Shown here: positions 51,581-64,000 of the stretch, in pieces
How positions within the stretch are numbered: the stretch's first letter is position 1
How the letters are laid out: every line of letters begins with the position of its first letter
Assembly: GCA_965153285.1 (NCBI GenBank)
Contig: OZ229110.1
Strand: one strand, 5' to 3'
Length of the DNA: 64,000 nt
Source of the DNA: Podarcis tiliguerta
Taxonomy: Eukaryota
Made by a program: the position numbers and the translations under genes
The notes under the pieces: generated by a model
What the model was told of the DNA's origin: nothing
The model's database searches: none
What the model saw: only the letters and a program-made list of their open reading frames with translations

Positions 51581-52431
51581 TAATAGGTTGTTTTGAGGAG
51601 ACACTCACTGGTAATGTGACATAGGAGCCGCCTTTTTGCAGTGGCCTTCCAAACAGTTGCCCATATTGCAGGTTACAGTGTAAGCCTACTTGAAAGTAAG
51701 TTCCAATAAATTCGCTGACACTTAGACATCTGCATGAATTTTGAAGGAAACAAAAAGAATCCTGATTACAGTAGTACAATCTCTCTGGAGGGTTCTACAC
51801 ATTCATCAATTTATGTAGATAGGTAATCGGCAGTGTGTTGCTATATCTGCAAGGAGGAAACCAAAAGCACCCTGGTTCTGTGAAGAAAGGAGGAAGAGAA
51901 AACTGAAAAGTTTTCCCCCTTCACCCAATAGGTCAATAACTGCTGAGAAGCAAGTGAGCTTTTTGACATTTCATCGAACACACTTTCATAGATAACTTGC
52001 ATTTTACTTCTTCTAGCAAGTTTCTAGGGATCAGCAGAGAGGTTAGAGGGTTTCTCCTGCGGGTGCTGACTTTAAAACACAAACAAAAGGAAAGAACAAG
52101 GGCTTGGAGCACCTGTTTAAAGGAGAACTATCAGATTTTCTATGTCAGAAATAAGATGGACAGATCTATAGCTTGGGAAGCAAAGCATTAGGGGGGAGAA
52201 AAAGCATTCAACAAATGGAACTCTCTAACAGGATATACCGTCTACCAAAGCTGAATGGCCCATCCACCAACCTCCATGAAAATTGGTACTGCATCATGAT
52301 TACATTGCTTGCAGATTTCCCAAAGGCATCTGGTTGGCCACCAAAACAGTGGAATGCAGAACTAGATTAGCCTTTGTTCTGATCATTGAAGTCATTTTGC
52401 TTGTCCTGAACTTTAGGGTAAACTAATAACA

Positions 52432-52546
52432 TAAGGTTACCAGATTTTTTTCCATTGAAATGAGTCGGAATGATAGGATTTTGTTAGGGGACTGATTTGT
52501 AAATCTGGGGACTGTCCCTGGGAAAAGGGGACGTCTGGTAACCTTA
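52432..52546. mobile_element. hAT (Blackjack-like) MITE
   Basis: Perfect 13-bp TIR TAAGGTTACCAGA/TCTGGTAACCTTA; perfect 8-bp TSD TAATAACA (52424-52431, 52547-52554). Confidence 0.88.
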
Positions 52547-52915
52547 TAATAACATTGATTTACACACACACACACCAAAAACACCAACAGCAACCTTCAT
52601 AGTCTAGTTGATTGATAGCATAAGTTCTTTATTGGGGTGGGAAACCTTTTCCTGCCAAAGTGCCTCATTCCCTACTGAGGGCCACCTGTCAGTGCTGGGT
52701 GGGGCCAGAGGAAAAAGTGGGTGGAGCTACAAATGTAAACTTCACTTTTGAAAAAGTATAAGTTTATAAACATGTTCTCACCCCCCCCCCGCCGCCATGC
52801 ATCCTGGCAACCAAAAGGCATTATGAGAGCCCCACCTTTGTTGTATATGCCCAAGAAAAAGCATATTTCTAATTGTGTTTCATTTATATACAGCAAAGGG
52901 AAGTCTATAGCAATT

Positions 52916-53274
52916 AAAGGTAAAGGGACCCCTGACCATTAGGTCCAGTCGTGACCGACTATGGGGTTGTGGAGCTCATCTCGCTTTATTGGCCGAGGGA
53001 GCTGATGTTGTCCGCAAACAGTTTTTCCGGGTCACGTGGCCAGCATGACTAAGCCGCTTCTGGCGAACCAGAGCAGCACATGGAAACGCCGTTTACCTTC
53101 CTGCCAGAGCGGTACCTATTTATCTACTTGCACTTTGAGGTGCTTTTGAACTGCTAGGTTGGCAGGAGCAGGGACCGAGCAATGGGAGCTCACCCCGTTG
53201 TGGGGATTCGAACCACCGACCTTCTGATCGGCAAGTCCTAGGCTCTGTGGTTTAACCCACAGCGCCACCCACGT
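52916..53274 (-). mobile_element. Sauria SINE
   Basis: Nearly colinear antisense match to 38067-38422; the first few head bases and the TSD are not evident. Confidence 0.9.
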
Positions 53275-54025
53275 ATATTTTAATTTAGTTAACTATGTAA
53301 TAGGCTTATTTTACAAAACGAACATGGATTTTGAATTTGATGTTTGTAATTTTTTTTCGGTTTTGTAATAAAGTATTTTTTAAAAAATAGAAAAGAAAAA
53401 GAAAAAGCAGGGGCATCCTTATTTGTAAAGCAACTGTGCATTAGGCAAAATATTCTAAGATAGTATCATTTCCCTGCCCTCTAATCAATATCTCAATAGG
53501 GAGTTGACTTTTAACATCAGGCATGAAACAGTCTAAGTCTGGTCATACCGATCAACTATATGTTACTTCGTGGGACATTAAACATTTCCAGGAATCTTTA
53601 AAGTTTGAAGGAAATGCAGTTATTATTTCTTTTCCTGGAGGGGGTGGGGTGGATAGTTCAATGCCAAAGCTAATTTCTCTGACACACATCTTTATCTAAG
53701 TCTCAGTCCAAACCACTGAAATCGTGGTTGCATTTGCATCTAGGTTGAAAACATTTCAATTTGTTGTTCAATTTGTTTTCATTTATTTATTCATTTTGGC
53801 ATACAACCCTCTCTCACACAAAAAGTTGCCGCCGAATTGCAATCTCTCGATCTCATTTGTTCCTTAAAAAGCAAGTTTTGATGCAAAATTCAAAAGCCAG
53901 AGGAATGATGTATAATTAAAGAAGTACATCATGAAAATTAGTACACTGGATAATGGAAATATGGTGGCAGTCATAGAAATGAATGACAATTGTTTAATAG
54001 ATGTATTGTTCAAAAAAAACTATAG

Positions 54026-54392
54026 CAGGGTGGTCCAACCTCGAGGCCTTTTGTGGCAGCCCTCAAAAACAAGTGAGGCACTGGGCTTTGGGAAGGAGGT
54101 GTGTGGGCTCTGAAAGGCTCCTAGAGTCTTCTCACCTCATTCCCAAAGCATACTTAGCACTTTCCCAGCTTTGGTAAGAAGGTGGGAAGGCTCTTGGGGT
54201 CTGCCAGAGCCTTTACCTCCTCCTCAAAGCCCAGTGCTTCACTTAGCTGGCTTTGGGAAGGCAGTGTGAGAGCTGGGGAGGGGGGGTCGCATTCTGGCTT
54301 CACTACTCACCTCCATGAGGCAAGGCAGCCCATGGATTCCATATCAAAGCACTCTTGTGGCCCAAGTGGTATAAAAAAGTTGGGCTGCCCTG
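54026..54392. mobile_element. hAT-type non-autonomous element
   Basis: CAGGGTGGTCCAAC ... GTTGGGCTGCCCTG TIRs; degenerate 8-bp TSD AACTATAG/AGTTATAG; internal inverted CTTTGGGAAG/TTCCCAAAG repeats. Confidence 0.7.
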
Positions 54393-55209
54393 AGTTATAG
54401 AGAAGAATGGGCATGTAGAAATTCAGAGAGTTTGCATCCTTCTTGGGATGGTGGTGAGGAATAGGAAACTTTCCTGTTTCCTTAGAGTGAAACTCTCAAT
54501 TCTTTCTTTAGGGGAATGCAATGTAGTTCCTGTGATGTTCTCCTTCTCACTCAAAAATAGATGGCCAAATGTAATTTTGTTGTGAAATGTAAATTGTTTT
54601 TGTTCATTTGCAGCGGTGAGCTGGGTATAGGGATCTGGTGGGAAGACTCGTGTGGTTTATTGCTTCTGTGAAACATCCTGAAAACTCAGTGTGCCTAATA
54701 AGCTTAGCTACATTACTCTGTGTTTGGTTGTTTATTCATTCATTCATTTCTATACCGCAAACCACATAAAAGTATATCTCTGTGCTGTACAGAAGCTTTA
54801 TATGATATGCAGTGTGTCTATGAGAATTGGGGAGATGATAACAGCTGAAAACATGTAAAAGTAGCTGGATTTCAGAATTATTGTTTTATTTTTCTCAGAT
54901 CAGATAGCTAAGACTACATCAAGGGAATAATAGACAATGGGAAGAATAAATCACTTCCTGTTGCATTTGGGAGGATGGATTTATATAAATAAAACCTTTT
55001 GAGATGAGCAGATATCAACTGCAAATCAAATGGATTGGGTTTGGTCATTTTTTAAAAAACAAAACCTGCACGACTGTAAAAAGATGTACACACAGGCAAC
55101 CTATCAGCCAGCTATCTCTTGGGATGCGGCCCTTAAGGTGTGAATTGGACTGGAATCTTGAACATTGTAGCTCATGCAGTCTATGCAGCTAATATCCAAT
55201 GTTAGACAT

Positions 55210-55698
55210 TGTGGCGATCACACAGGGTCCCCGGACGTTTGACGGTCTATTGATCCCTCTGCCACCACTGTGATTCCTTTCCCGCTGCCACCAACCAGTT
55301 TCTCTCAGGTACACACAGAGTCCAGACAGTTGTTAACATTAAATCAAATAAGCAAGTTTATTTTATAAGCCTTAACAAGTTTATGGTTTCAGATAATTTT
55401 TCTTGTCAGTTTCTTAATCTTAGTTTCTATACTGGCCTATACCTTTCCTAATAACTGCTAACTGATTATCCCAACTGTCTATCTGACTCCTCCTATCAGT
55501 TTCTCTCACTCTCTCACAACACAACTCGACCAACCCACAGACTTAACCTCCCTGTTCCTTCTCCAACTCCCAACTCTCAACTGACTTCCACACAACTCCA
55601 ACTCTAACTATACTCCTCCCCTTGGGTTCCCACTGGCCAATCACTTCACACTCATTTAACCCTTTCCTTATGACCCACCTAGGAGGGCAAACGCCACA
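55210..55698 (-). mobile_element. Solo LTR (489 bp)
   Basis: Perfect 7-bp inverted termini TGTGGCG/CGCCACA; perfect 5-bp TSD GACAT (55205-55209, 55699-55703); TTTATT (antisense AATAAA) near 55357; CCAAT at ~55637. Confidence 0.9.
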
Positions 55699-56393
55699 GA
55701 CATATTCAGCATAGCCTATTGATTCCAATGGGCCTTCTTTGAGTATGACTTAGCCGGATATCACTGCATGTTTGGCAGGTTTCCTCACAGCAGATGCACC
55801 CTCAACAGTCTTGGGAAGGGTTCAGTGCTAAGCATGACAGTAGGGGCAGGTTGAGAGTGAGCTTGACCTTGCTTATTTTGGAACACCAAAATTGCTTTTT
55901 TAAGGTAACCAAATTATATGTCAAGAAATACTGCTAAGAAGGGCCAAAGAGTGTCCTATATAGGACTGTAAGTCCCAGTTGTGGCATAAGACTGTAAAGA
56001 AAGAAAAGGTGGGGGGAGGCAGAGGGAGATGCAAGTGTGAAGAAAACACCAAATATTTTTTTTTAATGGAATAATAAAATTTATTCCAATGTTTTCTATA
56101 AATCATGAAATTGTTATTTTATGTGCCTTTGGAATTTCTCCCTTTTTTCTATGCATCATTTTTCTCTCTCTTTTTGGTCCAAATGTTCTACTCAGAGGGC
56201 AGGGGGTGATGCTACCTGTACAGAAATGCAATTGTGGATCCAGGTGGTAGTTTAATAAGCTCTGTAAGGAGAACAAGATGTGCTAATAACAAAGAAGGTT
56301 AAGAAGGCAAGGCAAGAAGCCTCACACTTGAAAACTAACAAGTCACAAAGGAAGACAGACAGCAATATAACAGGGATACAAGGAAAGATCACT

Positions 56394-56394
<1 letters not shown>

Positions 56395-56433
<39 letters not shown>
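56395..56433. repeat. (CA)n microsatellite
   Basis: Seen directly. Confidence 0.95.
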
Positions 56434-56436
<3 letters not shown>

Positions 56437-58454
56437 TTCATCCCTCCACCTCTCTCCTCCTTTTCTTCCCTGGGGGTCTCTGCCCTCATATCCAACATTT
56501 GGCCAACCACAATGCCTGTAATGTCCACCATACTCATTCTAGGCTTAATTTCATTTCAAGGTAGAAATGGAAGTCAGAAAAGGGGAAGAAATCTCATTTT
56601 CTTTAGCCAAACTGTGTATCTCATATTGCTTTTATTTTCTGTTTATACTACTGGTTTTATCCAAAAGAGTTTCACGGGAAAACATGAATGGAGGTTGCAA
56701 AGAATCCTCCAATTGATCCCATATAACAAGTTCACACAGTGCCAGGGACATTTTTATACTGCTATCCTTCCTCTCCTGTCCTCCATAGATCTTCCCTTAT
56801 TCTTAAATAAACTACATTTACATGGCAAGCCATGCTTTGCCCAACAAATCAGCCTTCCTTTTTCTTGTTTTAAAATTATAGAGTATGCTCTCTTCCCTTC
56901 TGATGGTATTCAAGTGCTTATTCCAAATTGAAAGCATATTAGTCCAATCACGACAGCATTATTGTATGTAGAAGGATGACCTTTTTAATATAATTTCACG
57001 GTGGGGAGGAAGGATTTACATCCTTCCGATTCTATAGAATGTGGCTTCTTCATTCTCATCCTTTCAATTCACTGTGGCATTTGAGCTTAATGCAAAAATG
57101 TCATTTGCACTACCAGGAGATCCAGCCACCCCAACTTCTTCAAACCATCAGGCTTCCCCCCCCCCCTTCTCTCTCTCCCTTATTGTTCATTCAATTTAGC
57201 TTCCTTTGGCTCCCCTATTAAATATGCAGGATCTTCATTATGCAGCTGGGAGGCAAATAATGTAAGATTAACGCAAAGCCTTGCAAGGGTTTTTTGGTAT
57301 TATTATTATTAATATTAATAGCACAAGCTTCACACGTATTTTTATGCTTTGCTAACCTGAATGTCAATAGAATGTGTAATTCAATTTCTCCCTTTTCTTC
57401 TTCGGATCAGTGATACTCAGCTTAGAGAACAGCAGGGGTGGAGGGATTTTAAGACCAAATCCTGCCCAATTGCTGAGGCTAAGGCTACAATCCTAACCCC
57501 ACTTCATGGAGACTAAGCCTGCTTAGATTCAATAAGACTTACTTGTGAGTAGACATAGTTAAGACTGCAGCAGTTTCAGCTTGCTCTAAGAAGATGAAAG
57601 TTCTGTGGCATCTTAGAAGACAACTTATTTGATGCAAGGACACCCCAAGTTTGAGTCTAAAGGGGTCAAGTTTTTGTATGTTCCCAAGTTTAGTTCCTCC
57701 TTCTCAAGCTAAAGAACTGATCCCTTGGGGGCAAAGGGAAACAGACTCAGTGCTGTTCATGAGCATTCAAATGAGAGCATTTGAGTGCCCCTACAATTTG
57801 GATGTTGCTAACCTTATGACACTCTAAATAGTGACAGAGGGCTTGCTTAGCTGGGTCTCTTGTTTCTGGGAAAGATGGCAGTGCTTTACGCAACCTCAAA
57901 ATTATGTGAAGTCAAAAGATAAAGCTTTACTTCTCATAGCCCACCTATTCCTTAAATGGTGAGAAGTTAAATGCCAATTTTGCAGGGCCGATTTTGTTTG
58001 AAGGCAAAAGTAATAAAGACATCAACAGTAGTGTCTTTGTAAAAAATCTGTGTCTCTACAAAGACAGATGCCAGGAAGGATTACTAGGATGAAGTAGGCA
58101 TCACAGAGAGTGCTAGTCCCAAAGCAACAGCTGTCCAACCTTCCCAATGCAACTGGCTTTCCGGAACAAAAGCCTAAACTGTTTTTCAAGTCTCCTCTTT
58201 AGATACCAGCTCAGCTAGAACCAGACAAAATAAGCTTTCGTATATACACTTCTCAGCCAGCTCTGTCTTTATTTTTTATGGAATAGGGAAGGAGATGCAG
58301 TTCAGGAGAGTCCAGAATCAATGATCTTCTCTTCTAGGTTGTAGTATTTATTCCGCCTGGATTTTCCCATGTTGTGTGACGAAAGCTTCATGGAGGACAT
58401 GGCTTTCTAATGATATTTTGCTTTTGTCTTGGTTTTGCTTTCAACCTTATTATG

Positions 58455-58973
58455 ATCGTTTATTAAATCTGTATAACCCCTTCATCTGAAGATCATGATA
58501 AAAAACAAAAACAAGACAATAGCCCCCCTCCCACAAACACATTTAAAAGGCCGTAAATTGTTTGATTGGCTCAAGGTTATAGAGAAAGGTTTTTGCCTGG
58601 TGCCGAAAAATATGTAATGAAGGTGCCAGATGAGCCTTCCTAGGGAGGGCATTCCACAAGTGGGGAGCCACCTCAGATAAGACCCACAGAAAGAAGGGGC
58701 TCAGATGATGACCACAGGGTCTGGGTCAGTTCATATGGGGAGAGGTGGTCCATGAGGTATTGCAGCCCTAACCCATTTAAGGCTTTATAGGTCACAACCA
58801 GCACTTCGAATTGGGCCCAGAAACTAATTGGCAGCTAGTCCAGTTGGGACAGGTTTAGCATCATATGCTCAAACCGTCTTGCTCCGGTGAGCAGTTTTGC
58901 CTCTGAATTCTGCACCAGCTGCAGATTCCGAACCGTCTTCAGAGGCAGCCCCATGTACTGTATATTGTGGTAG
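58455..58973 (-). mobile_element. L2 LINE 3' fragment
   Basis: Minus translation approximates YHNIQYMGLPLKTVRNLQLVQNSEAKLLTG...LPISFWAQFEVLVVTYKALNGLG, the L2 ORF2 C-terminus; TTTATT tail near 58458. Confidence 0.85.
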
Positions 58974-59907
58974 CTTTTTCCTCCTTCAATTTATCCAATC
59001 TTATTAAAAATCCCATTGTAGTCCCAAAGCTGATGGCTTTAGTGCCTAGCAATTCTGAGCCCCCCCCCCCCATCATTTCATATGAAGATCCAACAGGCCA
59101 GAAAACAGTTCTTTTTGCAATAGCTCCATGAATATGGCTCCTAAGGCCAGGGGAGGTCATTAGTGTTATTTATATATTTGGATTAATCTGAGCTACAGCT
59201 TTAAGATCATCTCAATAAAGAGCAAAATCAAATCTCATTTTACAAGCATCTCTTCCCCGTTCCTCTACACACACACACACACCAGCCTTCCTGGAAAAGA
59301 AGAAGACAATTGTAACTTTAGTTTTCATGTTGTTACCCTGGATGTTTGATAGAAAGTCGGGGTGTTTGATAGGAATCTGACTAGAAAACAATACTGACGG
59401 GAAGATAACAAGAAAACCCATTTATCAGTTTGACAGGCACTGGATTTTATATGAGTATAAATTCTTTGTGATAGAGTAGGGTTGTCTTCTATTTACCTTA
59501 ACCTCATATAACCAATGTTTAGGCTGAACTGAAGTCCCCGTTTCAGAGTAATCATGTTATACTCAAGTCAAATCGTTCTTAATGAACTCAAGGAAGGATA
59601 AGCCCCAGGATTTATTAATGTGATCTTGTCATCAAACATCAAGCAGCTCCATGACTACAGCTATTTCGCTATCAGTAAATACTCAGTGATGGGTGCTTCA
59701 TGGCTGTTTATTAGCACCTAATACATTCTGGGTTATTCTGATTTACAAGTTTTGACATGAGGTGCTTCCAGTAAGGCAAAAACACAAGAGACGTTCATCT
59801 GATTTGCAAGTTTGCAAAGACAAAATATGGGCAAATGATGATCTTGCTTTTCTGGATTGGAAGATGTTGATTTTTAAAACTATTTCCCCAAGAGTACAAA
59901 TATGCAC

Positions 59908-59910
<3 letters not shown>

Positions 59911-59938
<28 letters not shown>

Positions 59939-60040
59939 TGTATGTCACCCATCTGACTGGGTTGCCCCAGACACTCTGGGCTGCTCCCAACAGAATATTA
60001 AACACACAATAAATCTTCAAACATTAAAAACTTCCCTGTA
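59911..60040 (-). mobile_element. L2-type 3' end with (AAT)n tail
   Basis: (AAT)n then CCCATCTGACTGGGTTGCCCCAGACACTCTGGG, an antisense squamate L2 3' terminus. Confidence 0.6.
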
Positions 60041-60765
60041 CAAGACTTCCATAACAAATGATGCTACTCCTGAACTTACATATTCTATATAATAAGTGTA
60101 CACAATACACATGTTGACCACACCCAGTGGTCCAAAAAGTGGTACTAAAACTCAAGATTGTCTGTGAGTCTTGTTCAGTCCTTCCAGATGTGTGTATATT
60201 AACTTTGCTAACAGCTCACAGGGAAGGCTCTTCTCCTGTAAGCAGGATGCCATGCATGTTCAGGTGTGCTCTCCTTTCAGATGCCATTTCAGTAGTTCCT
60301 ATCTAAATTGGATTGCAAAATCCATTCCAGATTCCACAATCTACCCTGGTGATTCGAGTGAAGAGGTTCTGTCAAAAAAATGGAAGTTTGACCATTTGAC
60401 CATTGTAAATCAAATATGAATCCTAGCCAATGTTGGGTTTTGATGTTAATGTCAGATGCAAACAAAAGAAACAAACAAATATTTGTCAATGAAATATTGG
60501 GCAGGATTGAGTTAACTTGTTGAGCTAGCGGGATGAGATTCACTAATGGAATAGGACTTTCCCCTCCTCTCCTCCCCTTAAAACTTTGCTAGGAACCCCC
60601 AGAACTGGTTTAGGGGAGCCCAGGAAAAGAAGTGGGGGACTCCTGTTGAACAAGTGGACCTCATTCTGCTCACACATGCCCCACTCAGTGACACATTGGA
60701 TTACACCCATTGCCCTTTATTACACATTAGTTAACTCACTTATCCTCCCAGGAGTTTAGGTCCTT

Positions 60766-61262
60766 TTTTATTATAACGACTATATCCAAAGTCAAAGAGT
60801 ATATCTCAAAACTCATCAGGAAAAGGTAACTGCTTGCTATTGTTTCCCCCCTCTTGAGTTTGACCTTGCAAATTTAAATTCAAACAATAAACATCACCAT
60901 CAACATTTAGGATTCTCTGAATCCTTTGATCCCCTCCACTGCTTCACTTATTTTCTCTATTTTTCTTATATAATTCAATTTTACCTTAGTTTTTAGTACA
61001 TTACAAATGTTACTCAAATCCTGCCAAAGTTTTTAGTTGTTTACAGTGTTCTCTTAAGTACAATGTAAATTTTACCCATTCCTTCTTAAAGTGCCTCTCT
61101 TAATGGTTTCTGATTTTCCTAGTCAATTTTGCCATTTCAAAATAATCCATCATCTTCATCAGACAGTCGACTTTATCTTCTTTCTCTCTCTGGACCAGTA
61201 GTATCTGTGCTGCTGTCATTGCATACATAAATAATCATCTCTGCTCCTTTTGTATCTCTTGT
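60766..61262 (-). mobile_element. L1 LINE 3' fragment
   Basis: Minus translation includes LFMYAMTAAQILL...MMDYFEMAKLTRKIRN, like squamate L1 ORF2 C-termini; T-rich (antisense A-rich) tail. Confidence 0.75.
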
Positions 61263-61283
61263 CGCTCAGATTTTGACCTAGAT

Positions 61284-61419
61284 CAGGCTTCCTCAACCTC
61301 AGCCCTCCAGATGTTTTGGGCCTACAACTCCCATGATCCCTAGCTATCAGGACCAGTGGTCAGGGATGATGGGAATTGTAATCTCAAAACATCTGGAGGG
61401 CTGAGGTTGAGGAAGCCTG
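61284..61419. mobile_element. hAT (Charlie-type) MITE, probably young
   Basis: 35-bp perfect TIR CAGGCTTCCTCAACCTCAGCCCTCCAGATGTTTTG; perfect 8-bp TSD ACCTAGAT (61276-61283, 61420-61427). Confidence 0.93.
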
Positions 61420-61608
61420 ACCTAGATCTCCCCAGTCCAATTCTAAATGAGACTAATGCCCCCCTCTCTCCATTTCAGTGGGGTCTTTTTTGGGGGGGCA
61501 TGCTGCAAAGAAAGAGGCATTGTTGCCCATTGGGTGGGTATAGGAAGCACTGTCATCCCTTTCCTTTTGTTTTCATCATCATTGGGGAAAGACGTAGCTA
61601 TGTTGACA

Positions 61609-61613
<5 letters not shown>

Positions 61614-61639
<26 letters not shown>
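61614..61639. repeat. (GT)n microsatellite
   Basis: Seen directly. Confidence 0.95.
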
Positions 61640-62919
61640 CAGGGGGGGGTTAAGCAAGGGGAGAGTCACAAACATTTTCACACACAAACTCCACCCCACC
61701 TCCCACTTTCAAGCAGCACATTTTTGGGGGGTGAAAATCCATTGTAGTCTTATGCCCCTCATTCTCACCATTGCACCACATAGGCTAAGGAACCCTCAGA
61801 TGCTATCTAGCCCTAAGGTAACAGTTAACTTTCTGGCTTTGTCTCTTCTTCTGATCTCAAAACACAACTATATCTATATGGCACATTGAGGCTTCTTCAT
61901 TCTCTCTGCTCCAGTTTTACATGCTCCTCTTCCTTTTGCTTGCATAAGACATATAATTAGCCCAAACAAAGCAGGAGATTTGAGTGTTTGTGCTGCAAAA
62001 CCTGAAGTGTGCCACATCAAGTGGGATGTGACAAGGGCAGCATGCATACAAATTAAATTTCACAGTCATGATTGCCCTTTCGGAATATGAACTTAGCACA
62101 TATATACACACACAGGCACACAAAGACACCACTGAGATTTGATTGAATATATCTGTATCTATATGGAGAGAGAGAGAGAGACTGTGCACCATCAAAAAAG
62201 CAGCATGAGCAGAGATTCCCCATTCCAAACTTGATCGGTTTCACATAGTGAGGCAGTGCCATGCATATTAATAGTTATAATGAAACCTATCCTAAATAAT
62301 TCACACATAGCATAAACAGCTTTGTAAATGTGATGCATTTAATTTTTTCTGGCAAGAACACATTGATCTGATCTGAAGCAATTAGAGCTAAATTGTGCCT
62401 TTGTGCCACATTTTTCTCGATATGAATAATCTTTCCTTACAATCCAAATAATGGGTTGAAGAAGAAGAGAACTTACTTTGAAAAAATCAGTTACTCATCC
62501 GGGGGGAGGGGGAGGGGAGTTCATATCCACCTAAAGAAGGTTGTTGGAGATGAAACAGCTTCCAATATTTTATTATCAGCCACATACTTTCTTTCCACAG
62601 TAGCAACAGTGGTTTATTATAAGTTCTGTGGGGGTACGAATAGAATGTGAGAGATAACAATACCAATTCTAAATAATCTCTCATTGTAACGGCAGAATGT
62701 GATCCAGCCAACTCACCCTCATTACCATAGGGCCATGATTCTGGCCCCATAATTATGTGGCCTGTAGCCTTCTAATTATCAAGGGTGTAGTGGACACAGA
62801 AGGGTATCTGTTAAATGGATTTAATTTTAAAGCAAGGACAGACTTCACAAGAACATAAATGTGCCATCTCTAAAAGCAATTCCCCTAGAAGGAAAGGTCA
62901 CTATGTTTGGGTTTTAGAA

Positions 62920-63185
62920 AATGGTGAGCAAGTGCTAGAGGTTTCTAAAATCATGCATGGTGAGGTGAGACTGGAGAATGAAGGAGGGTTTTCTCCCTCT
63001 TTCATAATACAAGAAACCAGGGCAGAAAACAAATGGGAGTTCAGGGCAGATAAAAAGAAAGGTTTCATCACACAGTATGTTGCCAACTATGGTATTCACT
63101 GCCACTGGATATGTTGATGGCCACTAACCTGGATGGATTTAAAAAGGAATTAGGCAAAGACATGAAGACTAAAGCTATCAGTGGG
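62920..63185 (+). mobile_element. CR1 LINE 3' fragment (resumes at ~63905-63975)
   Basis: GAGGTTTCTAAAATCATGCATGG...GATGGCCACTAACCTGGATGGATTTAAAAAGGAATTAG; the remainder GGCATCTGGTTGG follows the nested element. Confidence 0.75.
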
Positions 63186-63198
63186 TATATACTTAGTA

Positions 63199-63893
63199 CC
63201 GTATTTTTCGCTCCATAAGACACACTTTTTTCTCCCTAAAAAGTGAGGGGAAATGTCTGTGCGTCTTATGGAGCGAATGCGTGGTCCCTGGAGCTGAATT
63301 GCCCAGGTCATGCTTTTTTTAAAAAAGAGGGAAGTGGGTGTGGAAACAAAGCTGCTAATCAGCAAACGATCAGGGAGGGAGATAAGGGATGCTAGCAATA
63401 AAGGAGGCTGCCTGGGAGGGGGGGAGGTAAAGACAGCAAACTTGCAAAGGGGTGAAAAGGAAGACTGAATCAATGAGGAGAGAAATTAGAAGAAAAGGAA
63501 GAGCAAAAAACTGCTCCATCTAAGGAAAAGACACTAAGGCAAACAAGAGGGAAGGGAGTGTTGAAAGGAAGCAGCTGATCGGTGGGATTGGGAGAGAGAT
63601 AAGGGACGCTAGCAGAGGCTGCCTGGGAGGGGGGAGGTAAAAGCCCATGGATCCTCAGGATTTTTACATTGGGTCACCACAAATTCACCATCAGATCACA
63701 TAGCATGTCCATGGCTACAGTCTGCACCAAAAAAATCAAGCACCCATTGTTTCCTGGGGCTGCAATGGTGCAAAAATGTGGTTACAAAGCACAGATCCAC
63801 ATGGATCCTCAGGATTTTTTGCATTGGGTCACCCCAAATTCACCATCAGATCACATAGCATGTCCATGGCTACAGCCTGCAGCCCAAAAAATC
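63199..63893 (+). mobile_element. Tc2/pogo-type mariner non-autonomous element with internal tandem repeats, right end missing
   Basis: TA|CCGTATTTTTCGCTCCATAAGAC terminus; subterminal inverted repeat 63207-63221/63263-63277; internal direct repeats (~63355/63575 and 63646/63800). Confidence 0.75.
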
Positions 63894-64000
63894 CTGGTTA
63901 TCCAATAGGCATCTGGTTGGAAAATGGGATGCAGGATTAGATAGGTCTTTGGTATGCTCTAGCAAGATTCTTACTGACAGATCACCAAAGGAATGTATTT

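Noticed and set aside
63646-63893. Spaced direct repeats as a CRISPR-like array
   Set aside because: Eukaryotic context, only two long copies, inside a DNA transposon, and no cas genes.

Overview
Vertebrate genomic DNA, inferred to be from a squamate and probably a lacertid lizard, based on the Sauria and Squam3-type SINEs, BovB, and reptile CR1/L2/L1/RTE-X-like LINEs. The first ~8.3 kb holds the last three coding exons of CNTNAP5 (Caspr5) on the + strand (<1-118, 5358-5429, 8108-8304). They have canonical GT-AG junctions, stay in frame, and end in the transmembrane helix and the PDZ-binding tail ...KREYFI*. The rest is 3'UTR plus a gene-poor, transposon-rich region. It contains five solo LTRs, four Sauria SINEs, other tRNA-derived SINEs, several LINE fragments, TA-flanked Tc1/mariner(pogo)-type MITEs, 8-bp-TSD hAT MITEs, microsatellites and two assembly gaps. 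Nearly all other entries in the ORF track are spurious or TE-derived. I found no convincing new multi-gene system. The most unusual observations are a solo-LTR-like element flanked by a 130-bp target duplication, a LINE 3' end with a perfect 39-bp TSD, two identically sized solo LTRs with colinear motifs, a structured CpG-rich segment at ~18.9-19.1 kb, and a possible very long CNTNAP5 3'UTR. TE family names come from recalled consensus features, not from database searches.
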